Shown here: positions 12,628-26,752 of the stretch, in pieces
Layout of the letters: each line of letters begins with the position of its first letter
Position numbering within the stretch: position 1 is the stretch's first letter
Assembly: GCA_028534125.1 (NCBI GenBank)
Contig: CM052816.1
Coordinates: 58,468,001 to 58,532,000, forward strand
DNA length: 64,000 nt
Direction of reading: 5' to 3'
DNA from: Lama glama
Taxonomy: Eukaryota
Translations under genes and position numbers: made by a program
Notes under the pieces: model-generated
Told to the model about the DNA's origin: nothing
Seen by the model: the letters and a program-made list of their open reading frames with translations, nothing else
Databases searched by the model: none

Positions 12628-13579
12628 TGGCATCATAGTAATTTAAAAAAGTCTCTAGTTTTCTCTGGCAGACACACCCAACATTTCTTGTATACATGGT
12701 ATACGTCATGTGAATCCCTATAACTTAGAAAGTATATTTTCAGCCATAAAGAAAAAGCTCAATTAGACTCATAAGACCACACATAGAAACAACTCTACCA
12801 CTTACCTTCAACCCCAAATTCCTTTTCTCCCTTCCTTAGATGGTCTCTTTATAAAGAGCCTGGCCAGAAAGTCAATCTTTTCCCCTGCTCAAGTTACTCC
12901 AGAAGAGATTCACTAAGTGGAAACAGACCTGGGCTACAAGTAGTGTTGAGGAATAGGGGTAGGGCATACGGAAAACATGTTGAGTGCTATCCTATTCAGG
13001 ATACTTAGCACTTCAAATATATTAATTCAGTTAATGAAAGAGGTACAATTACCTCCCCATTTTACTGGTCAGGAAGATTTAATGCAATGAAATAACACTC
13101 CCAAGTTCACACACCTACTCATTGGTAGAGCTGGGCTTTCAACCCAGGCATGTCACCTCCAGAACCCTCAAGTAATTTTTATTAGGTAAAAGAATTGTTG
13201 AAGGTTGGTTGTATATACTTGGGGATTCATTATAGTATTTTTTACACTTCTGAGTATGTTTGAAATCTTCCAAAGCACAGCCTTAAAAAAATAGGATAAT
13301 TTTAGGGTGTCCAGACTAACTCTACACATTTCTCAGTTTGTAATATTTAACAGAACAGATGAAGGAAACAAGTACCATGCATCTTCATGCTTCTGTTTCT
13401 AGCAATGGTTGATGTTCCACAGCTGTTAAGGTTCTTTTGGGCTATTCTTAGTTTGTGGTAAGACTGCATTCCCTACCCTTCTCTCCCCATCACACAATCC
13501 AAACACAGAGCCACAAAACTCGAGTACCTCAAGTACTGTCAACTGTGACAAGGGCACTGGGATGAAATGGGAGTCCACT

Positions 13580-13711
13580 TTATTTTTTTATTTTTAGTGG
13601 AGGAGACAAGTAGGTTTATTTATTTATTTTTAATAAAGATAGTGGGGATTGAACCCAAGACCTCATGCATGCTAAGCATACACTCTACCACTTGAGCTAT
13701 ATCATCCACTC
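13580..13711 (-). mobile_element. Vic-1-like SINE
   Basis: Reverse-complement tRNA head and AT-rich tail. Confidence 0.82.
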
Positions 13712-14084
13712 AAGAGTCTGTCTTAAGTGTGAATCTCAGTTCTTATAGTCCCTACTAGTAGTTGCTTCTGGTCTGAGTCTCAGTCGCCTCTTTCGTACAA
13801 TGAGAACAGTGAAGCCTACCTTGCAGGCCTGGTACGTGAATAAAGGAAAACATGTAAAGGGCCAACGCTGCCTTTCAGAGATAACCCTTAATCTGTTCTG
13901 TCCGCCTCCTTCCCTTCCCGCCTCTACAACAGGATGAAAGAAAGCTAACGTTCTTTGTCGAAAAGTTAGATATTGTAGAGTTTAATGTCGTTACCAAAAT
14001 ATGGGGGCTGATCAAGCCCCAGTGCCCTGAACACGGGAGGAAAATCCACACACGCCTACCCCTCTAAGACACGGGACCTGCTTT

Positions 14085-14600
14085 CTAGACTCTACGCGTG
14101 GCAGAAGGACCCCCTGCGCGGGTTAGCTGCAACGCGAGGGCTAGCAACTGAGGACCGCCCCGCCTCCCAGCCGCACACGCGCAGTTGCTCTCCGGCCACG
14201 CCGGCGGCTGTTGTCGGGGCTCCGGGGGCGGGGCCGTCCACCAAGCCCAGAAGTATCTTGCTGGAGGGCCCCACCGGCTCAACCTTCCAGACCTGCGTTA
14301 GGGGCGGCCGCTGACCCCTGAAGGAATTCATTGCTTTTCCGAGTCGCTCTCTTCCAGGCTTGGTCAGGTGGTCAGCATGGCCCGTGAGTGTGCGGACCCG
14401 GGGGGAAAGCGGCGGGGAGCGCTGGGCGAGGAAGTCTAGCTCCGAGGCGCGGCGGCCGGGGAGGCGGGGGTGCTGGTTGGTGAAACCCCTTCGGTCGGGC
14501 GCGGCGGGGACCCGATTTGCAGGCAGCGGAGGGAGAGGGACTGTTGACTCCGGTCCAGCCTGAAAGGTCGGGCAGGTGCCTGTCCCTCGGGTGCGAGTTT
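14085..14600 (+). promoter_or_regulatory. SERF1A: SERF1 CpG island/promoter
   Basis: CpG-rich stretch around SERF1 exon 1; GC box GGGGCGGGGC 14225-14234; NRF1-like CGCACACGCGCA near 14172. Confidence 0.8.
14377..14383 (+). CDS. SERF1A: SERF1 coding exon 1 (ATGGCCC)
   Basis: ATGGCCC|GTGAGT: 7-nt coding start that joins in frame to give MARGNQRE. Confidence 0.9.
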
Positions 14601-15159
14601 ACACCGTAAAAAACACCTCCCCGGGGGTGAGGTTTGTGGAGATGGAAGCCCTGGAAGGGGTCGTGTTCTGGAGGTAGTTTATAGCTGGTAGTTAATACTC
14701 AAAGTCCTGAGGCCTAAAGACGGGGAGCTCTAAGTCTCCTCCCTTGTTCTTTTGGCCCTCACAGGTAATGTTTTACGAGCATATGTATTTGCTCGCTTAA
14801 CAGTTGAATTATGATGGGCCAACTTGTGCAAGGTGTGATCTGCAATTTATCTATCTTTCTCTCTCCACCCACACCCCTCAAAAGGCAAAACTTGTTTTGG
14901 AATATTGGCCCATATAGACAGACAATTGGAATGCCTGTGTTAAAGGACCTGGTATTTACAGCCAGTGAACCCCTTGACTGGTATAATACTCTTAAGACCT
15001 TAAGTGTTTACCTTCAAGCTTCCTCCTTGTCATCAGATCAGGGAACACTACTCAGTGCAGCATTCTGCTAGCTTCTCTCTTAAAAAGCAAACTTCAGATG
15101 CATTTAAATGTGAGCCTTATAATGGAGTTATCAACTTGGGGGATGGGAAAATAGCATGA

Positions 15160-15285
<126 letters not shown>

Positions 15286-15822
15286 TAAGTGATACTAAAG
15301 AAATTCCCGAGTCACAGAAGTTTTCACTTTGGAAAATAGAAACCATTTTTAAATCCTTAGTAGAACTAGGCCTAACCTACAGAAAGGGGTAACAACTGAG
15401 TATCTGTTGTGTGCCTCGCATAGTAAAACTTTGTGACATAGTTGTTATCCCAACTCATGGATGAAGAATTTAAAGCCCTTAAGCTATAATTGGTGTTGCA
15501 GAAAATCTCATACCTCTCCACCATAACCATAAGCACTTCATTAACTTCCATGTGCAAAGAAAGCATTGTTAGGTGCAAAGGATAAATATTTTCAAAGCAG
15601 ATCTCCTACCCATTCTAGTCTGGATGACAGGCCACCAATTACATTGATAACTGTCTGAAAGAGACACAAAAAACATGTATAACTATTGACTTCTGAAGAT
15701 CCATTTGGTTGGAGGGAATATAGGTGCACAGCCTTGATACATGAGTATATGTGACAAATAATACAAACCTGCTACACAAATACTTTGAGACTGAAGCTCA
15801 AGTTAAAAAAAAAAAACATTCA

Positions 15823-15944
15823 GGGGTGGAGGGTTTAGCTCAGTGGTAGAGTGTGCGCTTAGCATGCACGAGGTCCTGGGTTCAATCCCCAGTACCTCTA
15901 TTAAAATAAATAAATAAACCTAATTACCACCACCCACAAAAAAA
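15823..15944 (+). mobile_element. Vic-1-like SINE in SERF1 intron 2 (least diverged head)
   Basis: TAGCTCAGTGGTAGAGTGTGCGCTTAGCATGCACGAGGTCCTGGGTTCAATCCCCAGTACCTC, very close to tRNA-Ala(AGC), followed by the SINE tail. Confidence 0.9.
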
Positions 15945-17607
15945 TTCATGTTTCTAAAAAACAAAGCTAGCCAAATTTAATTTTATTCTAAAATCAAGTT
16001 TTGTTGTCACTATAAAAGTTGGTCAGGTAAATAACTGACTGCACGTGCTTCAGTATGGCTTCTCCGTGGCCCTCAAGCCTGGCTGCACATTAGAACCACC
16101 TGGGAAACCTTGACATCTGCTCAAGCCTGGGCCCTACACCCAGTCCAGATTTAATTGGTCTAGGGTAGGGGATTAAAAGGTGCACTAAGTAAATTTTATT
16201 GCACCTAAGTTAAACCTGACTTAAAAAGCTCCCCAGGTGATTCTGATGTTCAGTCAGAGTTTAATGAGGTTGAAGCCCTTATCACTTCACACTTTTTATG
16301 ACGTTTATTTTTAAAGTAATAAGCTTTGCTTTGAATTAGTTTACTTTCATTGGAGTAGAAGTGAACAGATCAGTAACCATGAAACAGTATTTTTTACTGG
16401 GAAACCTACCGTAGCTTGCCTCAGTAATCATTGTTTAATGAATACCTACTCCTTATAAAGCTCTGTGGTAGATACTATGTATATATTATCTCTATTCATC
16501 ACAATCCTAAAAAGTGGTATTAGCCCCAGTGCATACAATAAGAGACTAAAGGCTCTGAATTTGAGTAACATTGCTAAGGTCATACAGCAAGCACAGCAGA
16601 GTTTGGTTACAAACAGAAATTAACTATCACTGTTTTTTTCCGGGATACCTCATTTCTTGGTAGCTGTCGTCTTCTTCCTTTCTTCTCATTCCTTGTTTTT
16701 ACTGTCAGCTTTGCATAAATGTCTTACTGATACAGACAGAGCTGCTCATCCTGAATTAAAATCTAATACCAAATATACACAATAACAGCATAGGAAAGAG
16801 CCTCGACTTTGAAATTAGACAGACCTTGCTTTTTATGTGATGTGTGGCAAATTACTTAGCTCTAAGCCTTTAACTTTTTTTTTTCTAAACTCTTAAACAT
16901 AGGGACAATAACTCAAAATTATTGTGGGACTTAATCCAGAGCCAGTAAAGTGCCTGGCACATAGAGGGGGTTGAACACATAACCATTTAATTTATTTTTT
17001 AATATGGGCTCATGGACCGTCCGGCCCAGGTAGTCTGGTTTGTAGCTCACAGTAAGTGGAGGTTCAGCCAGAGACACAAAAGGTTAAGAAAATGCCCCAA
17101 AGATCCTGCTTTTCTTTGGTATAATCCATTTTTCATCACTAAATATTGGGGTTTTGGCTTGTAAGAAACTGAATTGCTTCACAACATCTATGTCCTAATC
17201 CTAGGTACCAGTTAGGAGATCTAGACTTCTTAAATGCCCCTTCTTCCAGCAAAAAATTTATAATGAATTAACTTTGTTGACAACCAAGAGTAATTACCAT
17301 TATTCCAGCATGTATCTACCTAGTGTCAGAACAGCCCTGATACATATTACTCTAATTTTGAAAGGACTTGGAGGTTATTTGCCCAAAGTCATAACAACAG
17401 TAGAGCTGGTATTCAAAATAAGATCCGACTTCAAAGCCATTTCATTCTTTGCCTTCCCATTCTATCTCCATCCATGAAAATGAAAAGACATAAAAGTTAT
17501 ATCTTTTCAGTTGTCTTCTGATATACTGAATGGGTTATTATAGAAATCAAGTGGCAACATAAAATCAGTTTTTCTGTAACAACTTACAGCCTTTTCCCCC
17601 CTTATAG

Positions 17608-17680
17608 GGATTCTGAGATCATGCAACAAAAGCAGAAGGCAGCCAATGAGAAGAAGTCTATGCAGACAAGCCAAAAATGA
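17608..17680 (+). CDS. SERF1A: SERF1 coding exon 3, 73 nt, completing a 62-aa protein
   Basis: (R)DSEIMQQKQKAANEKKSMQTSQK-stop; 7+109+73=189 nt. Confidence 0.95.
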
Positions 17681-17853
17681 TGACTGACTATTTGGAAAAC
17701 CTGGGTGCTACTGCTAACTAGGTGTATAATAAGCTCTATGATCAAGATTTTGTAGAGTGAACAGTCAGTACATATGTTATATCCTTACAAAACTATTTTA
17801 AACTTTACCTTTCAGCCTGACTTAGTATGATGTTTCAGAACCATTCTTCAAAG

Positions 17854-17859
17854 AATAAA
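17854..17859 (+). terminator. SERF1A: SERF1 polyadenylation signal AATAAA
   Basis: Canonical hexamer about 175 nt after the stop, followed by GT/T-rich sequence. Confidence 0.7.
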
Positions 17860-20800
17860 ACACAAACCATGCATGTGACGTTGGTGAACATTTTCTTTTA
17901 TCAGCAGTGAGCATTTATATAATTAGGTAATATGATCAGATAACAAGATCTATATAAATCTAGAATCTTTGTCATAAACTTTGTTGAAGTATATCTTTAA
18001 ATTTAACTTTATTGTATCATTGAATTTAAGACACATTTCTCTAATTCTGCTTTGCAATCAACTGGTTTGCTTGAAGAATTTGCGAAAGGTAGTACAAACC
18101 ATCTGGAATAGCAACTAAATGAACATAAACTAAATAAGGTCTCAGTAAGAGTTCTACTTACAGCTTTAAAATTTTCTGGAATAAGTGCCTTTTAAAAATA
18201 GACTTAATTTTTTTTAGACCATATTAGGGTCACAAAAAAATTTAGATTTCTCAGGTACCCCTGGCCCTACTCATGCATAGCTTCCCCATAATGAAAATGC
18301 CCAACCAGAGTGGTACTTTTGTTGTAATTGATGAACCGACATTAACACATCATCACCCCAAAGTACTTAGTTTACATTAGGATTCACTCTATGGGTTCTG
18401 AGTGCCTTTTTTCAGATATGTCAATGTTTGGTTTTTTTAATTGAAGTATAATTGACTTACAATATTAGTTTCAGGTGTACCATATAGTGATTTTTTTTTG
18501 ATTTGATGTTTTTATACATTACAAAGTGATCACCACAATGTCTAATTACTATGTGTCACCATAAAAAGCTACTGTGATAATATTGACTGATTCCCTTTGC
18601 TGTACATTATATGCCTGTGACTTATTACCTTATAGCTAAATTTGTACCTCTTAATCCCATTCCCCTATCTCACCCATTTCCCCACGTCCATCTGGTGACA
18701 CCAGTGTGTTCTCTGTACCTGTGAGTTTGTTTCTATTTTGTTATGTATGTTCATTTTTTTTTTAGATTCATAGAAGTGTAACTATATAGTATTTGTCCTT
18801 CTCTGTCTGGCTTATTTCACTTAGCATAATACCCTCTAGGTCCATTCGTGTTATAACAAATGGTAAGATTTCATTCTTTTTTATTAGTGAGTAATATTCT
18901 ATTATATATGTGTATATGTACAGCACATTTTCTTTATCCAGTCATCTCTCAAGTGACAGTTAGGTTGCTTCCATATTTTGGCAAGTGATGCAGTGAACAT
19001 AGGGGTGCATATATATTTTCAAATTAGCGTGTTTTCTTTAGATATTTTTCATTTTTGAGGAGCCTCTATACTGTTTTGCATTGTGACTATACCAATTTAC
19101 ATTCCCACCAACAGTACACAAGGGTTCTCTTTTCAACACATCCTTACCAACACGTGTTACATCATGTCTTTTTCCTAATAGTCATTCTCACAAGTATGCA
19201 GTGATATCTCATTGTGGTTTTGATTTGCATTTCCCTGATGATTAGTGATGTTGGGTATCTTCTCTTGTACTTTTTGGCAATCTATATGTCTTCTTTGAGA
19301 AAATATCTACTCAGGTCCTCTGCCCATTTTTAATCACATTTTTTTATATTGAGTTGTATAAGTTATTTATATATTTTGTATATTAACTCCTTATTGGACA
19401 TATCATTTGCAAATTTCTCCCATTCTGGATGCTGTGTTTTAGTTTCACTGATGGTTTCCTTCACCATGCAAAGACTTTTTGGTTTGATGTAGTTCCTTTA
19501 AGTTTAGTTTTGCTTTTGTTACCTCTGCCTGTAGTGACAGATCTAAAAAAATATTGCTAAGACCAATATCAAAGAGCATGTGTACTGCCTATGTTTTCTT
19601 TTAGGAGTTTTGTGGTTTTAGGTTTTACATTTAAGTCTTTAATCCATTTTGAGTTTATTTTTGTACATGATGGAATAAGGTTGTCAGATTTCATTCTTTA
19701 GCATGTAACTGTCCAGTTTTCCCACCACCATTTATTAAAGAGACTGTCTTTTCTCCATTTTATATTCTTGCCTCCTTTGTTGTAGATTAATTGACCATAT
19801 AAGTGTGAGTTCATTTCTGGGCTCTCTTTTCTGTTTAGTTGATCAATGTGTCTTTTTTTGCCAGTACTGTACTATTTTGATCATTGTAGCTTTTTAGTAT
19901 AGTTTGAAATCAAGGAGCATGCTACTTTAGCTTTGTTCTTCTTTCTCAAGATTGCTTTGCTATTTGAGGTGTTTTGTGTTTCCATATAAATTTTAAGATT
20001 GGTTCTGGTTCTGTGAAAAATGCAGTGGGTATTTTAATAGGGATTGCATTGAATCTGTAGATTGCTTTGGGTAGTATGGAGATTTTGACTATTAATACTT
20101 CCAGTCCATGAGCACAGAGTATCTTTCCATTTATTTGAGTTTTCTTCAATTTTGTTCATTAGTATTTTAGAGTTTTCAACGCACCGGTCTTTCACCTCCT
20201 TGAACAAATTAATTCCTAGGTATTGAATAAAAGTGGCAACAGTGGGCATCCTTTTCTTGTTTTCTATATTCAAGAAAAAGTTGTCAGCTTTTCACTACTG
20301 AGTATGTTTCAGCTATAGGTTTATCACATATGGCCTTAATTATTTTGAGGTATGTTCCCTGTATAACCACTTTGTTGAGAGTTTTTTTTTATCATAAATG
20401 GATGTTGAATTTTGTCAAGAGCTTTTTCTGCATTTATTTATATGATATGATTTTTATTCTTTAATTTGTGAATGCAGTGTATCACATTGATGGATTTGTA
20501 GATATTGAACCACCCTTGCATCCCTGGAGTAAATCCTACTTGGTTATAGTGTATGATTCTTTTAATATATTGTTGACTTTGGTTTGCTAATATTTTGTTG
20601 AGGATTTTTGCATTTTTGTTCATCAGTAATATTGGCCCATAGTTTTTTTGTAGTGTCTTATGTTTGGTTTTGATATCAGGGTAATGCTGGCTTCATGAAA
20701 TGAGTTTGGAAGTTTTCCCACCTCTTCCATTTTTTGGAAGAGTTTGAAAGGGTAGGTATTACTTAATTATTGTTGAAGTGTTTGGTAGTATTCACCTGTG

Positions 20801-22100
20801 AAGCTGTCTGATCCTGGACTTTTGTTTGTTAGCAGTTTTTTGGCTACTGATTGAATTTCAATACTAGTAATCAGTCTGTTCAGATTTTCTATTTCTTCCT
20901 GATTCATTCTTGGAGGATTGTATGTTTTAGGAATTGATCCATTTCTTCTATGTTATCCAATCTGTTGGCATATAATTGTTTGTGGTGGTCTCATGATTCT
21001 TTGTATTTCTGTGATATTGGATGTAAGTTCTCTTCTTTCATTTCTGACTTTATTTGGGCCCTCTCTTTTTTTCTTGAGTCTGGCTAAAGGTTTATCAATT
21101 TTGTTTATTGTTTCAGTGAAGCAACTCTTAGTTTCATTGATCTTTTCTGTTGGTTTTTTACTCTCTATTTTATTTATTTCTACTCTGATCTTTTATTATT
21201 TCCTTCCTTCTACTAATTTTGGGCTTTGTTCTTACTTTTATAGTTTCTTGGATGTAAAGTTACATTGTTGATTTGATGTTTTGCTTTTTTCTTGAGGTAG
21301 GCCTGTATTGCTAGAAACTACCCTCTTAGAACTGCTATTTCTGCATTCCATAGGTTTTGGAAAATTGTGTTTCCATTTCCATTTGTCTCAAGATATTTTT
21401 AAATTTTCTTTTTGATTTCTTCATTGAGCTATTGGTGGTTTAATAACATGTTGTATAGTCTCTGTGTTTTCCAGTTTTCTTCTTAGTGTTGATTTCTGGT
21501 TTCATACTGTTGTGGTCAGAAAAGATGCTTAATATGATTTCAGTCTTCTTATATTTATTGAAACTTGTTTTGTGGCCTAACGTGATCTCTCCTAAAGAAT
21601 GTTCTATGTGCACTTAAGGCATGCTTGCAGTTTTTGCATGGAATGCTCTATATGTATCTTTTAAGTATATTTGATTTAATGTGTCATTTAAGGCCAATGT
21701 TTCCTTATTGATTTTCTGTCTGGATAATATATAAGTAGAGTAAGAAAGTTCCTGGCTATTATTGTCTCCCTTTTATGCTTTATGTATTTAGGTGCTCCTA
21801 TGTTGGGTGCATAAATATTTATGAATGTTATATCCTCTTTATAGATTGACTCCTTTATCATTATGTAATGCCCTTCTTAGTCTCTTATTATAGTTTTATT
21901 TAAATTCTGTTTTGTCTTACACAAGCATTGCTACCTTAGCTTTCTTTTTCTTTCCATTTGCATAGAATATCTTTCCCTATACCTTCACTTTCAGTCTATG
22001 TGTCTTTAGACCTGAAGTGACCCTCCTGTTGGCAGCATATAGATCAGTGTTTTTGTGTATTTTATTTTTTTTATTGGGGGGGTATAATTGGGTTTATTTA

Positions 22101-23203
22101 TTTATTTATTTATTTTTAACATTTTTTATTGATTTATAATCATTTTACAATGTTGTGTCAAATTCCAGTGTTCAGCACAATTTTTCAGTCATTCATGGAC
22201 ATATACACACTCATTGTCACATTTTTTTCTCTGTGATTTATCATAACATTTTGTGTATATTTCCCTGTGCTATACAGTGTAATCTTGTTTATCTATTCTA
22301 CAATTTTGAANNNNNNNNNNNNNNNNNNNNNNNNNNNNNNNNNNNNNNNNNNNNNNNNNNNNNNNNNNNNNNNNNNNNNNNNNNNNNNNNNNNNNNNNNN
22401 NNNNNNNNNNNNNNNNNNNNNNNNNNNNNNNNNNNNNNNNNNNNNNNNNNNNNNNNNNNNNNNNNNNNNNNNNNNNNNNNNNNNNNNNNNNNNNNNNNNN
22501 NNNNNNNNNNNNNNNNNNNNNNNNNNNNNNNNNNNNNNNNNNNNNNNNNNNNNNNNNNNNNNNNNNNNNNNNNNNNNNNNNNNNNNNNNNNNNNNNNNNN
22601 NNNNNNNNNNNNNNNNNNNNNNNNNNNNNNNNNNNNNNNNNNNNNNNNNNNNNNNNNNNNNNNNNNNNNNNNNNNNNNNNNNNNNNNNNNNNNNNNNNNN
22701 NNNNNNNNNNNNNNNNNNNNNNNNNNNNNNNNNNNNNNNNNNNNNNNNNNNNNNNNNNNNNNNNNNNNNNNNNNNNNNNNNNNNNNNNNNNNNNNNNNNN
22801 NNNNNNNNNNGTCTTCTGCCCATTTTTGGATTGGGTTGTTTATTTTTTTCTTATTGAGTCGTATGAGCTGCTTATATATTTTGGAGATCAAGCCTTTGTC
22901 GGTTTCACTTGCAAAAATTTTCTCCCATTCCGTAGGTTTTCTTCTTGTTTTATTTCTGGTTTCCTTTGCTCTGCAGAAGCTTGTAAGTTTCATTAGGTCC
23001 CATTTGTTTCTTCTGGCTTTTATTTCTTCTAGGAGAAAATTTTTGAAATGTATGTCAGATAATGTTTTGCCTATGTTTTCCTCTAGGAGGTTTATTGTAT
23101 CTTGTCTTATGTTTAAGTCTTTAATCCATTTTGAGTTGATTTTTGTATATGGTGTAAGGGTGTGTTCTAGCTTCATTGTTTTACATGCTGCTGTCCAGTT
23201 TTC
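22101..23203 (-). mobile_element. Younger 5'-truncated LINE-1 spanning the assembly gap
   Basis: Open ORF2 C-terminal frame ([16 protein letters not shown]...[16 protein letters not shown]); TSD taattgggtttattta at 22085 and 23204. Confidence 0.9.
22311..22810. other. Assembly gap (500 N)
   Basis: Run of N. Confidence 1.
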
Positions 23204-23312
23204 TAATTGGGTTTATTTATTTATTTATATTTGGAGGAGGTACTGGGGATTGAACCCAGGATCTCATGCATGCCAGACATATGCTCTACCACTTGAGCTA
23301 TACCCTCCCCCC
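23204..23312 (-). mobile_element. Vic-1-like SINE body (rest of tail at ~22060-22100, split by L1)
   Basis: Reverse-complement tRNA head; tail continues on the other side of the young L1. Confidence 0.85.
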
Positions 23313-23386
23313 ATGTCAGTGTTCTTTTTTTTAATCCATTCAGCCACCTATATCTTTCAATTGGAGCATTTAGTCCATTTACATTT

Positions 23387-23521
23387 TAAAAATTTATTTA
23401 TTTTAATTTGGGGGGGTAATTAGGTTTACTTATTTATTTTTAGAGGAGATTCTGGAGATTGAACCCAGGACTTTATGTATGCTAAGCATGCACTCTACCA
23501 CTTGAGCTATACCTTCCCCCC
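23387..23521 (-). mobile_element. Vic-1-like SINE inserted in the old L1
   Basis: Perfect TSD tagtccatttacattt at 23371 and 23522. Confidence 0.9.
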
Positions 23522-23780
23522 TAGTCCATTTACATTTAAAGTAATAATAATAGGTATGTGCTTATTGCCATTTTGTTCTGGTTGTTTCGTAGGTCTTCTC
23601 TGTTCCCTTCTTTTTCTCTTGGTCTCTTCCCTTGTGGTGTGATGATTTTCTTCAGTATTATGTTTGGGTTCCTTTTTTTAATTGTTTGTGTATCTATTGT
23701 AACTTTTTGGTTTGTGATTAAGTTCAAATCCTTTCTAAAAGCATTACATTTTTACTCCCCCTCTCGTGTTTTATGTTTTT

Positions 23781-24506
23781 TTTAATTGTGGTATTGGTGA
23801 CATACAATATTATATAAGTTTTAGGTATACAACATAGTGAGTCACAATTTTTAAAGATTATGCTCCATTTATAGTTATTATAAAATATTGGCTATATTCC
23901 CTGTGCTGTACAATATATCCTTGTCGCTTGTTTGTTTTATACATAGTAGTTTGTACCTCGTAATCACCTACCCTTATCTTGCCCCTCCCTCCTTCCCTCT
24001 CCCTGTTGGTTTATTCTTTATATCTGTGAGTCTGTTTCTCTTTTGTTATATTCACTAGTTTACTTTACTTTACTTTTTTTCCACATATAAATGATAACAT
24101 ACAGTATTTGTCTTTCTCTGACTTATTTCAGTAAGCATAATACCCTCCACGCCTATCCATGTTGCAAATGGCAAAATTTTATTCTTTTTTAAGATTGGAT
24201 ATTTCATTGTGTGTGTGTATATGTGTTTGTATCACATTTTCTTTACCCATTCATCTATTGATGGACACTTAGATTGCTTCCATATCTTGGCTTTTGTAAA
24301 TAATGCTGCTATGACCTTTAGGGTGCATGCATCATTTCAAATTAGTGTTTTTGTTTTCCTCAGATACCCAAGAGTTGAATTGCTGGATCATATGGTAGTT
24401 CTATTTTTAGTTTTTTTGAGGACCATCCATGATGTTTTCTGCAGTGGCTACACCAATTTACATACACATCAACAATGTAGAAGTGTTCCCTTTTCTCCAC
24501 ATCCTA
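23781..24506 (-). mobile_element. L1 3'-end fragment nested in the old L1
   Basis: L1 3'UTR/ORF2-end antisense; TSD tgttttatgttttt at 23767 and 24507. Confidence 0.82.
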
Positions 24507-26752
24507 TGTTTTATGTTTTTGACATTATATTTTACGTTTTTTATTTTTTGTATTTTTTAACTACTAATTGTAGTGATAGTTGATTTTACTACTTTTGTCT
24601 TTAACCTTCATACTAGCCTTTTTCTGGTTGATCCACTGCCTTTACTATGTATATTTGCCAATTTTAGTCAGTTCTGAGACTCTTCAAAAACCTAAATAAA
24701 GCTGGGAGGAAAAAACATAACCCTAAAGTGAAAACCTAATATAAAATTGACTTCCACAGTCAGATTATGAAATCTGTATATTTTGCCATCTGTGTCAGGC
24801 TTTTAGCAGTGATATAAACTAAGCAGACTGTATGTCAACTTCTTTGGTAAATTCTTAGTTGACTTTGCTGATGGATACCTATTAAAAAATACAACTGGAA
24901 GAATTATTTCTATAGAATTGTCAATCATGGTTTTCCATTAGATCAAATTGAGTAAAACCATTTATTAAACTGTGTCCTAAAACTTTATCTACTGAAGTAC
25001 TCCTTGCTATATAGTAATCACACTTTGGAATATATTATCTTTACAGATGGCCAAGTCATGAAAATATCACTGAGAAAAGAAGTGCTCCAGTGCACTTCCC
25101 TATAAATTCCAGAAAGATTTAAAACCTACTACAGTCTTTTCCTTATAACCGAACAAAAACCTTTTTAGCCCTAGTGAGCCAATACACATCAAAAGGTCAT
25201 AGGTAGCCTGCAGTTGGCCCATTTGCCTGGGAAAATTGAGATTTTAAAATTTTACTCTAACTTTTATAGAAATATTTTCTATACCACATACTACTGTTGG
25301 TACTTTATCAATTGGATGTGACTTTGTTTACTGGTATATCAGCATAGAAACATTTCTTTGCACTATGTTTTGGTGGAGCCTTTCTCTACACTTGTGAGTT
25401 TGCAAGAAATTGCCTCCCAATCTGGCTATAATCAAGACACAATCCTACTGAATACTTGTCTTTTATAAACTTGTATTACGTTACAAAGGCTTTTGTCAAG
25501 GACTTTCTGAGGGGATAGCATCAAGGCTCATTTGGCCTCATACCACTCAAGGTGACTGATGGGGTGGCTTATGAACGGACATTTAATACAGAGTCAGGTA
25601 CATTAATGTATGCTTGAAGAAGTGCAACCATGTCTAACCTGTGATTTCATGGTATATTGAAATTTTTGTTTGCAAATAGAATCATTAATTAACTTATTAG
25701 TAACTACAGCAGTTATTTGAAAGGATGAGATGCTCCAGGGTCCAAGGAAAAGTTGAAGACTCAAGATCGCAGACTTTCAGAAGATCAAGAGTTAGAACAG
25801 TTCCAGGTACTATGAGACAGTTCTTTCCCACAGTGCTGGTAACAGATTGAAATTCTGATGGCCATTTTTAGTATTTAATGTCACTCAGAGTGCCTCCAAA
25901 TGGACTTGTTTGGGTTACATGCATACTCCTCAGCAAGAGGAGGGCAGGTCGCCTAAGCTGACGGTGTAACCAAGTATCCAGTGAGGAATAGGTGGTACCC
26001 CAAATGAATCTGGAGTTCTGTTGCAAGAAGGAAGGGGGAATGGATGCTGGGCAGACTAAATAAGAGTCCAATATACTTACTGCAAGGTTACAACTAAAGT
26101 TAGGTTTAAAAATACAGATAAGTGATATGGCAAATCATGAAAGTAGTATGGGAAACAATGATGAAGCTTAAACCATTCTTATCTCTACCAACTTTTAAAC
26201 CCCCAAAATGCAATGCCTGCTTATTGTAGAAAATTTGAGAAAATATAACAAACGGGCTAAAAAAAATAGCAATAAATTAGGCAGTTTCTTAGAAAATTAA
26301 ACATACTCTTACTATATGCCAGTAATTTCTCTCCTGGGCATTCATCCAAATGAAACGATAATAAGGAGCATACATCTTAGACGTATATTTTGATTGACCT
26401 TTACGTATAAATATTCCACCCAGACGAAGATAGACATTTCCAGCACCCTCACAGGCTCTCTGTGGCCAGTTTAGATAATACCTGCTATCTGACTATCACC
26501 ATAGACTAGTTTTGCCTGTTTTTGAGTTTCGTACAATTGGACCCATCCAGTACGTACTCTTGTGAGTTTGGCTTCATTTGCTCAACAGTTTGTCTATAAG
26601 AATCCTTTGTCTTATAGCAGTAATTCAGTCTTTCATTGCTGTGTAGCATTCTGTTATATGAATATACCGTAATTTAGTTATTCGCTCTACTTTCCTTGGA
26701 CATTCGGATCACTCTTAGTTTGAGGCTATTATGAATAATTCTGCCATAACCT

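Larger units (their letters stand above)
18434..24660 (-). mobile_element. Degenerate LINE-1 (3'UTR, ORF2, inter-ORF region) carrying nested insertions
   Basis: ORF2 remnants ([55 protein letters not shown]); apparent internal deletion near 20224. Confidence 0.9.

Noticed and set aside
15828..15899. Possible tRNA-Ala(AGC) gene
   Set aside because: Followed by the same SINE tail as many other copies and has no T-run terminator; treated as a SINE
16178..16206. Small hairpin GGTGCACTAA...TTATTGCACC inside a MER5-like element
   Set aside because: Short and imperfect; compatible with chance or a transposon scar
22155..23423. Long ORFs (176-422 aa) in the ORF track
   Set aside because: Artefacts of reading through the N gap; only the L1 ORF2 fragment is real
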